64,000 nucleotides of DNA from Balanoglossus misakiensis. Lineage: Eukaryota > Animalia > Hemichordata. The stretch covers positions 520,518 through 584,517 of the forward strand of contig CM082591.2 in assembly GCA_040954595.2 (NCBI GenBank). Reading direction: 5' to 3'. The notes under the pieces are model-generated. The model saw only the letters and a program-made list of their open reading frames with translations, made no database searches and was not told the origin of the DNA. The stretch's first letter is position 1. Each line of letters opens with the position of its first letter. Made by a program: the position numbers and the translations under genes. Shown in pieces: positions 25,035 through 37,230 of this stretch.

Positions 25035-28000
25035 TTAAACTGGTTTCATGGGTTTATTCGGGAGCCTCTGCATGGCCGCTCTTGCTGTGGATGGTCGAGC
25101 CAATCCGGAGAATCTCTGAGCCAAACTTGGTGGTGTGTGTGTTGATGATCTTACAACTGGTTGGTTGCGGTCGATGATCTTCGGCTGGGCTTTGTCAACA
25201 GGGCTTACAGATCTGGAATGGAAGGTGAAAAGTGGTCAAAGAAATTTAACCTCAATGTTTCTAAAAAATATGTTCATGAGAGCCAAAAACTGTTCATTTT
25301 CAATTCTATACAGAGACATCAAGCAGCCAGTACTCACTTAAATTTCCGATTTCCAATGACAGGTCCGGAATATGGCCTCTCATCTATAGGACCAAGAACT
25401 ACTCCGGATTGAATTCCCAGAATAGGTCCCGGATGAGGTCTCTCATCAATTGCTCCGTGTATCAATCCGGGTGGAGTTCCAGGACTATGTACCTCTTCCC
25501 TATCTGTGACCAGGACTTCTTCATCCGAAGTCATGCGCATTTTTCGCATTCGGGCATCAATGCCTTCGTCGACTGGAACAACTGGTTTGTAACGTCGCAT
25601 TCTGAAATCTCCTGCAAACAGAAAATTATTTTGTACTTAGGAAAAGACATATCTCTGAACACAATTTTGAATTTAATCATAGTTTTTTCCCCTGTTTCTT
25701 CAATTAAATCATTTGAGGCATGTCCACCTTACCTGCAGTCTTTGGCCTTGCTGGTAGTCGTGGCGATGGATTTGGTGCTTGTCTTGGAGTTAGCGTTGTC
25801 GGTGGTGAGTGTGTTCGGGTTGCTGAGTCTGGTGACACCGAGTCTGGTGGTGAAACCTCAATGCCGGTATCATTACCGTCATCATCAGAATCACTGTTGC
25901 TATTATCACTGTGTGTGATGGTCAATACCTGCGGCTGTGCTGCCTTTAATCTTTCAGCCATGCTTCTGTGAAATACATAAATAAGTCTTATTTTAGAAAC
26001 CCTTGCTTTCCTTCAATACATCTGTATATTTCATTTCAGCCTCCTCTCTCCCAAAATTACTCAATCTGTCAGTCTCTATCTCTGTCTCTCCCAAATCTCT
26101 CTTGATACACCAGTACATACTTTTCATAATCCTTTTTCCATTTTCTCAATTCTTCATAAACATCTTCTTTTGTTTCATCAGCATTCTCTTCCTCCTCAGC
26201 ATCATAGCTATGCTCTGGTGTGTGATGATACTGTGCGAAGAAACTTGGTAATGTTGTGTATGGAATCTCCTGCAAAAAGTCACATTATTATAAAATTATT
26301 TCACACTGAATGCAACTTTATCTCAGTGGTGCAATGTGATTGGCTAAAATATAGAGGTGATGTCAGTATGAGAAGCTTAGAGCAGACATCAGAATATCAA
26401 ACATTTTCGAAGAAATTCCATGTGTCACACGGCTTACCGAGTTTGAGGTTTTCTTTCGACTTTTCAATGCTCTGATAGGATTGCCACAGAGTGGAGAGCT
26501 GCTACCATGGGTTAAGTCACTGGAATCATCTTGTAGTACTTGGATGTCTGAACCTGGAAGGGAAGTCAATCATTTTTATTTATTTGAAAGTTAATTATGA
26601 TGAAGCAATGATTTGCCCTAACTATCAGGACAATATGAAGATTTTACACAAGTTCATACAAGTTCATGTGCACTCAAAGTTAGACATAGTCTCCAGACTT
26701 TCTAGAAGTAACTTACCACTGGAATCTGGTCTATCACTGGCTGTTCCGGGTCTCCTGCCGGATGAAGTTCCGGGTCGATTTCCAGCACTTGATCCGGGTC
26801 TACCAGCTGACGATCTTAGTCGTCTTCCTGATGCTGAGGACGGTCTTCCTTTGGAACTTCCTGGTCTGCCATTTTCTGGGAATAAAATAGAAAGAAGGGA
26901 GACGAAATGTTATGGAGATGGGTGTGTGTTATCATGGAACAATGAATTTGTAAAAGAATGAACATTTACCTGTAGCTTCTAAACTCTCTTCAGATCCCTC
27001 TTTAATAGCATGGTTGACAATCAACCAATCAGTGCTGGTGTTGATGTTTTTCGTGCCTAGACTAGTTGACACCACTTCCAAAGATTCTTCATCTAAAATT
27101 ATTAGATTTGGTATCGCTTTTTTCACTGACAATCTGTAATCATATGGACCACTGACCTACAAATCAAAGGGAAAACCACAATTTTTGTAATCACGCTTGA
27201 CAGAATGATTTGAATATAGCATGGAAAATTTTGCATTGAATACTTTGTAGACATTACCTTTGCATCATAGCCAGGTTGGGGTGAAACACACACAGGATTT
27301 CCTTCCAATGTCAATGTGTTTAAATTGGAACAAAGAGCTAAGAATTCCACATGGGATATATCATCTATATTATTGCTGTAAGCAAAAAAAGACAGAAGTG
27401 AAATTAAATCATGTTTCATCGAGACATAGCAACTCTTGATATCTTTAATCAAACTTTTGTGATTGTAAACGGTCACAGTATGTTTCAATGTAAGTGGTTC
27501 TCAACTATGTAAAACCCAATCACAAGTCTTATGAACCGAAAGACAACGGACTTTACTTACCCTTCAAGATCGAGAAGTTGTAAATTGTCTAACATACTAC
27601 AAGGACTGACATCACTAAGCTCATTGTAGGCAAGATAAAGTTCCTGGAAGATAAGTACATGAAAAACTGTAAAGTTAGATATCTGACTATGTTTTCTGAC
27701 AGCTCATATTTTTTTACAGCAGGCCAACAGACAGACAGACATACGGTATGTGAAATTGAAAAAAATACCTGTAAATTGGACATAGAGCTGATACCATCTA
27801 GATCCGTCAGACCACACCTGGCCATCCATAGAACTTTTAAATTGCGCAGTGAGGTTCCTAAGTCTCGTACCGATGCTATTATACTATTGTTAAGTTTTAA
27901 ATGTTTCAGGTTTGGTAACATCAGACCTATGAGTTGAATAAAACAAACACCAATTACGCCAATACAGTTACAATCACAATGCCTAGTATTTTGCGTATCA

Positions 28001-28684
28001 GAAAAATCAAATTGGTGCTGTTATAACTGAATGAACGACTTACCAAAATTTCCTAGACTTGTCTCAGTTGTATCAACTCTCATTTCAAGAAATGAAACTT
28101 CTTCCAAGTCTTCAACTCCTGTCAATGTTCTCTGTGAGAAACAATGAAAGGATCACATTAACAATTTGCATTCAATAGTGATTTTAAAAAATCATTGGCA
28201 AGAAATGACCATAGGCACAACTTTTCCTTACCAGTTTTGTTGGCGATAAGTACTCTTCCAGGAGAAGATCTGTTTCTTCCAGAACAATGGGTTCTGGGTT
28301 GACTTTGTAGTCTCTGAATTCAGTTATGTGTACTGCTTTTCTCTGGTATGATGTGGTCGGTCTTGTCGACAGGTCAATCACCCTAACACACAGCATATGA
28401 TGAAAAATTAATTTCAGATGTTCAGAGTGTATTATGCAATGAAATACCCTGAAGGATTGTACAATGGAAAATTCAGTGTTGTCATAACAACAGCAAGTGA
28501 CCTAGCTTGACCTTCTCACCAAGACCTCCTTTGTGTTTCGTGGCATGGATGGAATTTGGTGACAATGCAAGGAATGCAGTATTAACCCCCTTTTCATAAA
28601 ATATATATACAACCACTATACTGAATTCAATATTGACGGATGACGGGGTATGAGATATACTTACTCGTCTACTTCCACATCCAT
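25035..28684 (-). CDS. LRRC56: Leucine-rich repeat protein 56 (ODA8-like ciliary dynein assembly/transport factor)
   Basis: ATG at 28684 (MDVEVDE, 20-nt coding part), exon 28382-28232 (LLEEYLSPTKL), then LRR exons LPNLKHLKLNNSIIASVRDLGTSLRNLKVLWMARCGLTDLDGI and LNTLTLEGNPVC, an LRRcap-like VKKAIPNLIILDE, and a low-complexity tail. Last exon 25212-25035 ends KPMKPV*. Minus-strand AATAAA at 23955-23960. Confidence 0.9.
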
Positions 28685-30722
28685 GGTTGCTAGAAACTTT
28701 TGAAGCAGACCGTGGCAGAGGGGAAAAGTTTATCGGTTTCTACTCCTCACTGAATGAGAGAAAGCATTCTATTAATTAACAATTGACAGTCACCAGTTTA
28801 AATCAAGATAATGCATCATTTTGACACCCCCTCTCCATAAATCGGGTGCTGTCACTTATGAAGAGACACGACCTTGTAATTAACATGACCAACATTGATC
28901 TGTTTTGCTTGCATTTTAAAGAGATCATAAGGGGTATATAAAGATATACTTACGCCTCATAGAGGACACATCAACTTCTCACCATCGATGGACTGTCGGC
29001 TTCGTTTCTTCTGGTATAAGAAGTGAATCAGGAGAAATCTTGCAAGTCAAGTGGCAACTGTCAACAACACACTGCTGAGCTCAATGAAGTGTATTTTCCG
29101 ATTACATGACGATTCTGCCAGTCTCTTCAGGCGATCGAAATGACATTCTTACAGACTATTTCGAAATTTATCTCCGCGATCTAATCACCTACAATTCTGT
29201 ATTTTGGTATTTGCTAAATGATCAGAAACGTTGATGTTTTTGAAACAAAACTGCTCATTGGCAACGATCAACAACTCCAAGACGCCATTTTGGTTTCCCC
29301 ACAGGTATGCGTGATTGTTCGTTTTTTCTTTTCTACACAAATTTCGCGAGCTCACGAGCGCCATCTTGAAATATTTAATTTCTGCTTTTGTTTTGTTTTT
29401 ACCAAGTTGTTTCGCTTTTGTTTGGTTTCTTTGACATTTCGACAATATTTCTTTAAGCTACAGTATTATGTTTGACAAAATATTTATAATTGCAAACTTC
29501 TTTAGCTAAATTAATCGTTTATACCAAAGACTTCTAATCTCACAATCTAAAAAAGATAAAATCTTCGACACACAAAAAGCCATAATGGTTTTTAAACTAT
29601 TTTATTCTCAACAACACAAATGATTAGTCATATGGTAAACATGTGCACAAAATACATGTACTAGTTAGGATGAAAAATACTGGCATGAAGAAAAGTAAAT
29701 AATGGCAGTAATTACAATTATCGTAGACAGTAGCAACTATCTATAATAATTGTTCACATATCCTGTAAATAAACCAAATGCCTATTGGGGAAAAACATAG
29801 TTTTTTTGTTTCTTATTGTTTGTGATTAACACATTTCTGGCAAAATTTCTTTTCTTTTCTTTTTTTCAAGGGGGGGGGGGGGATGTTCACAAGAATATTT
29901 CTAATGAAGAACCGATTTACAAAATATTGAACAACGGTGTTCATAAATGACCAAAATTGTAATATATTCATTTCTCTAATAATTTATGACGAAGCATGAA
30001 AAAATGGGCAGTCGTATCTAATACATATGATTTGATTAAGTTGGTTGAAAACTTAAGATTATTGCAGAGAGGAAAAATCCACAGAAAAAATATTCTGCAA
30101 GAGCAGATGATCATGTTTGGAATCTAGCCAATGACAGCAACCGACACATGCATCAAATCCTCTGGTATCAATCACCTTATTGGTCATGTAATAGAGAAAA
30201 ACAGAAAACTTCTGGATACATGCTTTGACAGCTAACAACAAAAATAATTATAAATACATGAAATATACACTGAATAAGTCACATTGACAAAGTACTACAA
30301 AGATTAAATTTCAAAAAATTATAGTTCGTAATTCATTAGAGCATTAGTTATACTTCACAATGAAATGAATATATTTTGTATTTTATTACAAATTCATAAA
30401 TACCTGTGATCATTGTTTTTGCTTGAAGAAGTTGAGAGAAGATAAGAATAATTTGTTACTTCATTGCTCTTCCTCACAAAGCATTGGTCATCAAAGTATT
30501 ACATAAACTCAGTTTATTCAGATATAATGTTTATACACACCCTACTACCCTCAGCACTAAAGACAACAGTTGAATAACCTGCAGTGCTTTAATTCACAGC
30601 AAAAGTAACAAGAGTATTAATTTTATATTAGCATAAAGAAAAGGACAAATACATTAGACAGCCGTGGTCAAGTCAACATGAAGGTTTATATCTCATATGG
30701 GTGATCATCTTTCTCTTCTTGT

Positions 30723-33700
30723 TCATAGAGGGAATTCCATTTCCATTTCGATTCGAACTCTGCACACAGGACAAGTTGGGTTTTGCTGAAATGAGAAACA
30801 AAGAAAAATTTCATCAGGGAGGAACGAATATTGCTTTCTATTGTTCAAAATATATTTGGCAGAAAGCATGACATGGATACACTTCTTGTACTTAACCCTT
30901 TCACCCCAATATCCTCTTTAGAGGTCCAACCTTACCATAGAAAACAATAGGTTTGGACTGAACCATGGTGGTGAATGGGTTACACTCACCTTCAGCCAAG
31001 GGTCTATACATTCAGCATGGTATCTATGGAAACAAGGCAGTCTACGGAGACAGTCTTTCCTCTCGTAATCCACAAAACAGATATTGCAGGTATTGTCTTC
31101 TCGGTCACCCTCGGCAACATATTCAAACTTTGGAAGTTGGTCCAGTTGTGTTTTGCTCAGTCCACGATTTGCAGGTCCCATTAAATCGTGAAGTTCCAAC
31201 AATTGCTGTCATGAACAACAAAAACAAACAAAGGTTAAAACTGTATCATCCCACCACGACCAGATTGAGTAATTTTGAAGATCGTATGACACCAAAATTT
31301 GCTCTTACCTCATAGGAAGCACCGGAAAATGAACGATCGAACAACGGCCTCCTCGTATCCTGTCGGTTCTGTTGACAACCAAGCAAAACAAAACATAATT
31401 CAATTTCTGTTTCATATTAATCTTATACCCGCTAAATATATCTAGCAAAACAAAAGCTGATTTGAACAATGCAGATAAAGGCTTCATGTATGACTTCTAG
31501 ATGATTATGACAACAACAAAAACCAAATACCGATCCTTGTCTTCGTTGCCTGGCTTCTGCAAAGTGTTGCAATTGTCGATCAAGCTCTTCCAGTTGCCTG
31601 CGGAACTGATCTGTGGATAATCTGCGGTTTCTTCGACGTGATGGCGATGATGGTGATGCGATGCCAGCTATTCTCCTTCGCTGTTGATGAAAATCAATTG
31701 AGGAATATTTGCAGAATGGCACGAATGTTGTAAATAGTACATTGAAGGACAAAAATTATGAAGACAAAGTATTCTCTGGCCTTGGAGTGCCATTTACTCC
31801 AGTAATTTCACAAATCACAGAAACTTTTTATCAGTCATAGATTTTCCTAACACTAGTTACAGCAATGGAACCTTGTTCATACCCTTTGCACTGGTGGTAA
31901 TGTTGACTGTATGGTGTTGTGTAAAGTACCGATTCTTGCGTTCATCTGGCTCAAGATTTCCTCCGACTGGCTGATGAGATTTTGCAATCGCATCCGACGA
32001 TCCTCAGTTCTGGGGAAGACTTCAACAGGCCTGGCACTGCGACGCACAGGCGAAGCACCTGGCGGCCTGTTATCTTCAAGTACGGAAGGCATAGTTGCTG
32101 CAACAGTGGCGGGGCTTAAGGGCACGCCGTCGTTTGCTGGAGCTGAGGTAGTGTTACTGAAGGCTGCAGTCTGCTGGTTAAACTCTTCCTAATGAAATCA
32201 ATACACACATATATCAATCAATCAATCAAGGCATTTAAGAAACATCAAAATCCTATCTTTGTGTTCTTTGTGAACACTAGATTGAAATGAATTCCTGCAT
32301 TTTGCTAGACTTAATTACGCATACCTGTAACTGCCTTGCGAAGGCTTCATCTGCTTCGATCTGTTCCAGTCTTGCGATACTCTGCATGGTCCCTGGCGAC
32401 ACAAGCGAGGAGTCCACAGGTGCTGCTGCAGCGCTTGTTGCGGCGGAGACGAACGGGCTGCGGCTGTATCGAGAACGAGTGTGGCGCTGCACTTGAGGCG
32501 AGGGAAAGTCGTCGGAGATATCAATGACTGACGGCGAATCAGTGAGTGGTCTTGCTGGTGGCGACATTGGCAGTGATAGTATGGAAAGTTCAAGTCTTGT
32601 CTGTGGGTGGTCTGACTGTGAACTTGACACTGATGCCGAGTTGTTCCCGCTTGATAAAGACGCATAAGTTATGTCACTACTCGAAATAGTAGGAGTATCG
32701 CAGTCCAATATCTGGGGTGTCCTGAACAATGAGTCATTGTTACTGTCACCACTCCCTCTGGTGAGAGACGCAACTTCACTCCCTGGAGTTACAATGAGAC
32801 TGCTTCCAGTGGGAGTGGTCTCAGAAGGTCCACTGGCTCTGTGGGTCAGTGGGGTGGAGCTTACTTGGCGGCCGTTATTTCGAATCCAGTCAAAATTTCT
32901 GCTGTTCTCAGAATTTCTGACATGTCCTGAAGGATGCGCGGCTGATGACCCAGAGGCCATTTGTGGAGAATCAATCAGAACAGAAGCTGGAAGAAAATCA
33001 TTTTCCCTGGCAGGAGTGCTGCTCTCTGCTCGATAACTTGCTTTCTTTCTTGTATTGTCTCTTCTTCCCCGACTTGAGCTTGGTTCACCGGGGCCGTCCG
33101 ATTCGTCAAAACCACGATCTGTATCCACGGCAACCGGCGATACATCATCCACTGCTGGAAAACTGGATTCGTCTTGAGAAGATTCCTCTCTGGAAATAGA
33201 TGTATGTGAGTTTGCCTCTGCTACAGATGGCCTCTCAGCCTGGATTTCAGGTTCAAGACTTGAAGAACTTCTTTCACTGATTGCTCTTCTGTTCAACCCA
33301 AGAAATCTCGGCGGTGGGCCTAACTTTCGCTTGGCTGATGTGGCAAAGCCCAATTTCTTTTTCCTAGTTTGTCCCGATGGTCTGGCCTCCTGCTTTGAAC
33401 GATCCGAGGGACTTACTGTACCCTGTAATGTAGGTTCCTGAGATGAAGTTGGTCGATTTGAGACTGTCCTACCAAACACTGGACTGACAGAAAAATCAGT
33501 AGAATCAAAATCTTCTGGACGATCAGCACCCTGTGATGCTGGAGAAGACTCAAAAGGAGCAGAGGCCCTTGATGATGTTGGTCTGCTCTGATTTGCCTCA
33601 TGACTCGGACTTGCTAAAACATTTCTTCGATTCATATAGGACATGACAAGTTTCTTTGTGGCTGTAAGAGTAGTGCTGGGAATCTTTAATAATAAACCTT

Positions 33701-34609
33701 TGGATGTGAGTTCTGCTTTCCGTCGACTTGTTAGTGATTCTGACGAGTTTGGACCTGCGTGCTTGTATCTAGACCCAGCTGCTTGGCTGTTAGCATGAGC
33801 GCCCTTCCCTGCTGCGGTCTCAGTCTGTAGTCCTGATGCAGTCTGAGGACTTGACTCGTGTTCGATTCCCCCACTGAGAGAAGAGGGTGATCCACTTCTA
33901 GAGATCAAATCATTACAAATATCAGTAGCTGCCTGGTCAGACCGACTTTCATCAATTCTTTTTCTTTTCTTCCGTTTTTTTCTTCTAGTCAGAGGGCTGC
34001 TGGCAGAGAAACAATACAGATGCCTATTACTATTACAGTACAGATTTGAACTACTAGTATGTTTGGTTTACCTCTGGGGTTAAATTTCTTCAACTGAAAT
34101 AAAATCATGGAATGGTTCAAAGCTTACCTCGGTGTCTCTGGGATGATAAAACAGTGGTGAGGTGGTTGCTGTGGTACTGGGCGAAAACGAGAGTTTTCAC
34201 TTTGTACATCTGTTTCACTATCTTCATCGATGTCAGGCTCTATTATGTATACTTCCTTTCTCTGTCTGTGTTTAGACAAGGGGCTGCAGCAGACATTGTG
34301 AATTTCAACATCGCTGTCACTGTCTTCATTCAGATCAGGTTCTGTTTTCTTGTTTCGTCTTTGACCAGAAAAGGTGGTGGCAGTGTAAATGTCACCATTG
34401 TCCGAGTCACAGTTGTGAGAATCGTCTTCCACATAGAATTGTTTCACCCTTCTCTTTCTCAGCCTCCTACTTATTGGCGGCGTTGTTTCACTGGGTTGTC
34501 CAACGTCTGCATCATCAAAGCCACAGCAGTTTTCTGTCTGAACAAGCCGCCTTTTGGCAGCTCTCGATCTCAACTCCCACTTGAGGTTTCGTGCATCCAA
34601 GGTTGCCAT
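30723..34609 (-). CDS. C-terminal RING-H2 E3 ubiquitin ligase (Arkadia/RNF165/RNF38-type pre-RING motif) with SIM-like, UIM-like and NLS motifs
   Basis: Exons 34609-34128, 33999-32325, 32188-31883, 31680-31531, 31368-31309, 31205-30990, 30785-30723. RING-H2: CNICFVDY..LRRLPCFHRYHAECIDPWLK|QNPTCPVCR. Pre-RING: SYEQLLELHDLMGPANRGLS. NLS: RRKKRKKRKR. Confidence 0.85.
30892..30983 (+). mobile_element. Roughly 90-bp MITE copy in the last intron of the RING-H2 gene
   Basis: TTAA-CCCTTTCACC...GGTGAATGGG-TTAC; same interior as the 16716 copy. Confidence 0.8.
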
Positions 34610-35144
34610 GGCCACTGAAAGATCCAGTCAATGCTTTGGTAGTTTTTTTTTATAGACTCTGCAATTGAAAAAAAAAAGTCTGATTGTTAAACATGATCAA
34701 TGCATGTAGATCTACATGTACTGTACTCGTGCTGGTCAGAACACAGACATATCAGTTTATTTTATAAAATCACAATCCCTCCAAGTCAAACCAATGTGAT
34801 GAAATTAACATTACAACAACAATGATCTGAAACAATACACAATGCAAAACACTGTGAGTAATCCTAAATCATCGCAGAACAAATGTCTGTGGTAATACTA
34901 TTGAATTTCGATTCCTCCTGCTCGACCTACTCACGCCACACTAAGTCTGACCTATGAAATAACCTTCTGGATCACATCAATGTTAGAAGATCACAGGTCG
35001 CAAACACAGCAGTACATCCAGCTATTTTTATACCAACAAGAAATCGGATCGGGCCCTGGGCCTTCGTTATACGTGCTCTAATTCGGGTAGAAATTATTGT
35101 GCGATGCTTAAATAGATCTCTTGTTCTTCTGCAACCCGACTTAC

Positions 35145-35580
35145 CTCCTATCTTAGACTAAGTCTTCCACAGATAGCAAAAAACTCGGTAACAGCAGCAA
35201 AAGTACGAAATAAATTTCACTTTGCCGCCATTGCACGATGTATGAGACGTCATCATTTCTTGTGTAGAAATGACGTCACTCAAAAGTTTTCGGCGAAACT
35301 CCTTTAATCAATGTTTCCTCGTTTAGACTTGTCAAAAATCTATAGAAAGGGTACATTATGTTTAAAATGGTCATTGAAAATCGTTTTTGAAGTCAAACTG
35401 GTTCTTAAAATTATCGGGCGGTCAGGGGTCAAAGGCACGCCCCAGAGTGCATCAGCCAACATGGCAGCTGTCACGAAAACCAAAACATTTGTGGGCTTCT
35501 CCAACGCCTTGTAGGCAGAATGTCATTGGTTTGGGATGTTTCGGAAAATCGCCGAGGTACTGTAATAATAAGACTTATGT
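35145..35580. promoter_or_regulatory. Bidirectional promoter shared by the RING-H2 gene (-) and RNF141 (+)
   Basis: Divergent genes. Minus-strand donor GAG|GTAAG at 35145 and plus-strand donor GTGAGT at 35579. CRE palindrome TGACGTCA at 35271-35278, near-CRE AGACGTCA at 35245-35252, and YY1-like AATGGCGGC on the minus strand near 35224-35232. Confidence 0.6.
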
Positions 35581-35919
35581 GAGTGAATTCCTGAGAGCAC
35601 CTTGAATTGTTTTGCCAACTGCGAAAGAAGGGCTTGGCCTTTTCCGTCGCAGTCTAGTCACCATCATGCATCCATCATGAGCCTATTATGTAAACAAAAC
35701 GATTACATGTACATGTAGTTACGATCAGTTTGGTAGTTTACCCTGAGTCTGACTCTGACAGGGTCCGAGGTTCTCACGAACGGTGGTTTAATAAGCGAAA
35801 ACCGTGTGTATTGGCTCTCAAACCTACTGTCATTCGATAGTGCTTTTGCACTTACCATTTATTGTGTCCAATTACATGTCAATATATTCTTTGACTACCC
35901 ATAGAAAGTCACTCAAATC

Positions 35920-37230
35920 ATGGGTCAAACACATGCCGCTGCTGTGGAAAAAATACACAAGCATGGAGGTTTACTGGGACAGCTGACGATTTTGAAATAT
36001 GAAGATTTCTTAGCCCTAGTGTCAGAGCTCAATGATATGTAAGTGATAATTAATTAAAGATGATGAAGTCAATAGTCATTATGGCAGGTTGAGTTATCAG
36101 AGCTGTGTGATTGTTTTCTGGTACATATATTCTATATTGAATGACATGGCAACCTGAATCCCATTGGTGGCTTTTTCAATAGATCTGGTTGTCTACCTGA
36201 CCCAGGGGGTAAAAAACTACAATTTGAAGTCAAGGCTGGCACAGACAGTTCTGTATTGTGGAAGAGTACAGTCAGGATACGATGTAGAAAGGTAAATATG
36301 TTATCAGACAATATGTGATTTTCCAGGAGAGTCTTATATCAGATAAGAAAAGTACTTTTGAATGCAACTGAATAAACATAATTGTCTGTCTCTGTCCACA
36401 GTTGGATAGTGAAAACCGAGTTGAGCAAACCAGGGTGATGAATTTACACCAATTTGTCCAGTTGTACAACACCATCACAAGTTGCGTCTCATCTCAGGGA
36501 GCTATGGAAGACGGAAGCAGTGCAATGGGGGACATCTCTGAGCCACTTCAAGCCTCTGCAATCCTTCAGAAGTGAGAAAGCAAACTTTGCTGTCACAGTT
36601 CCCTCTCAGTACACCAAGAATCGTACATTTGTGGATTGTTAAACTTCTGATGCCAGATGTTCAAACAATTGTAAATTGAAGCCTCTGTCATAGCAGCATC
36701 TTCTCACATTATTTTTTTGACTCTTCATTTTTTCTTCGATTGTTTTCTTCCAGGATTGGTGGTTATGAAGAAGACAGTTTAGATTGTTGTATATGCATGG
36801 ATGCCAAAACAGATATAATTCTCTCTTGCAATCATATGTACTGTGAAAAATGTATAGACAAGTGGTATGTATGCACATGGTGTACTTAACTCATACTGCA
36901 GATTAGACCATTGGGTCTATAGTTAGTGCAGATTTGACCATGACTTAAGTACATGTATATGTGAAAGTCTGGCATCTGAATTGCATCATTGGTTTTTCCC
37001 TGCAGAGTGGGCAGGTTGGATGTCACTTACTGTTTCTATGCTCTTTTTACTTTCATTTTTGTGTCAGGGGTGTGAGTCATCACTTCTGTCCTGTTTGCCG
37101 ACAAGAAATCAAGAACCAGAAAGATTTGTGGGTGTTGCCAGACAAACCAGACGAAGAAGAAGTGGCAGATTATCTGATGGGCGTGGCCGACAAAACTGGA
37201 AGGAAAGAACCAGATGGATATCCAATATAA
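35920..37230 (+). CDS. RNF141: RING finger protein 141 (C3HC4)
   Basis: Exons 35920-36038, 36183-36291, 36402-36571, 36754-36864, 37068-37230. Translation MGQ...[14 protein letters not shown]...[16 protein letters not shown]...[12 protein letters not shown]...[27 protein letters not shown]...CPVCR...[21 protein letters not shown] follows RNF141 along its length. N-terminal MG suggests myristoylation. Confidence 0.92.
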
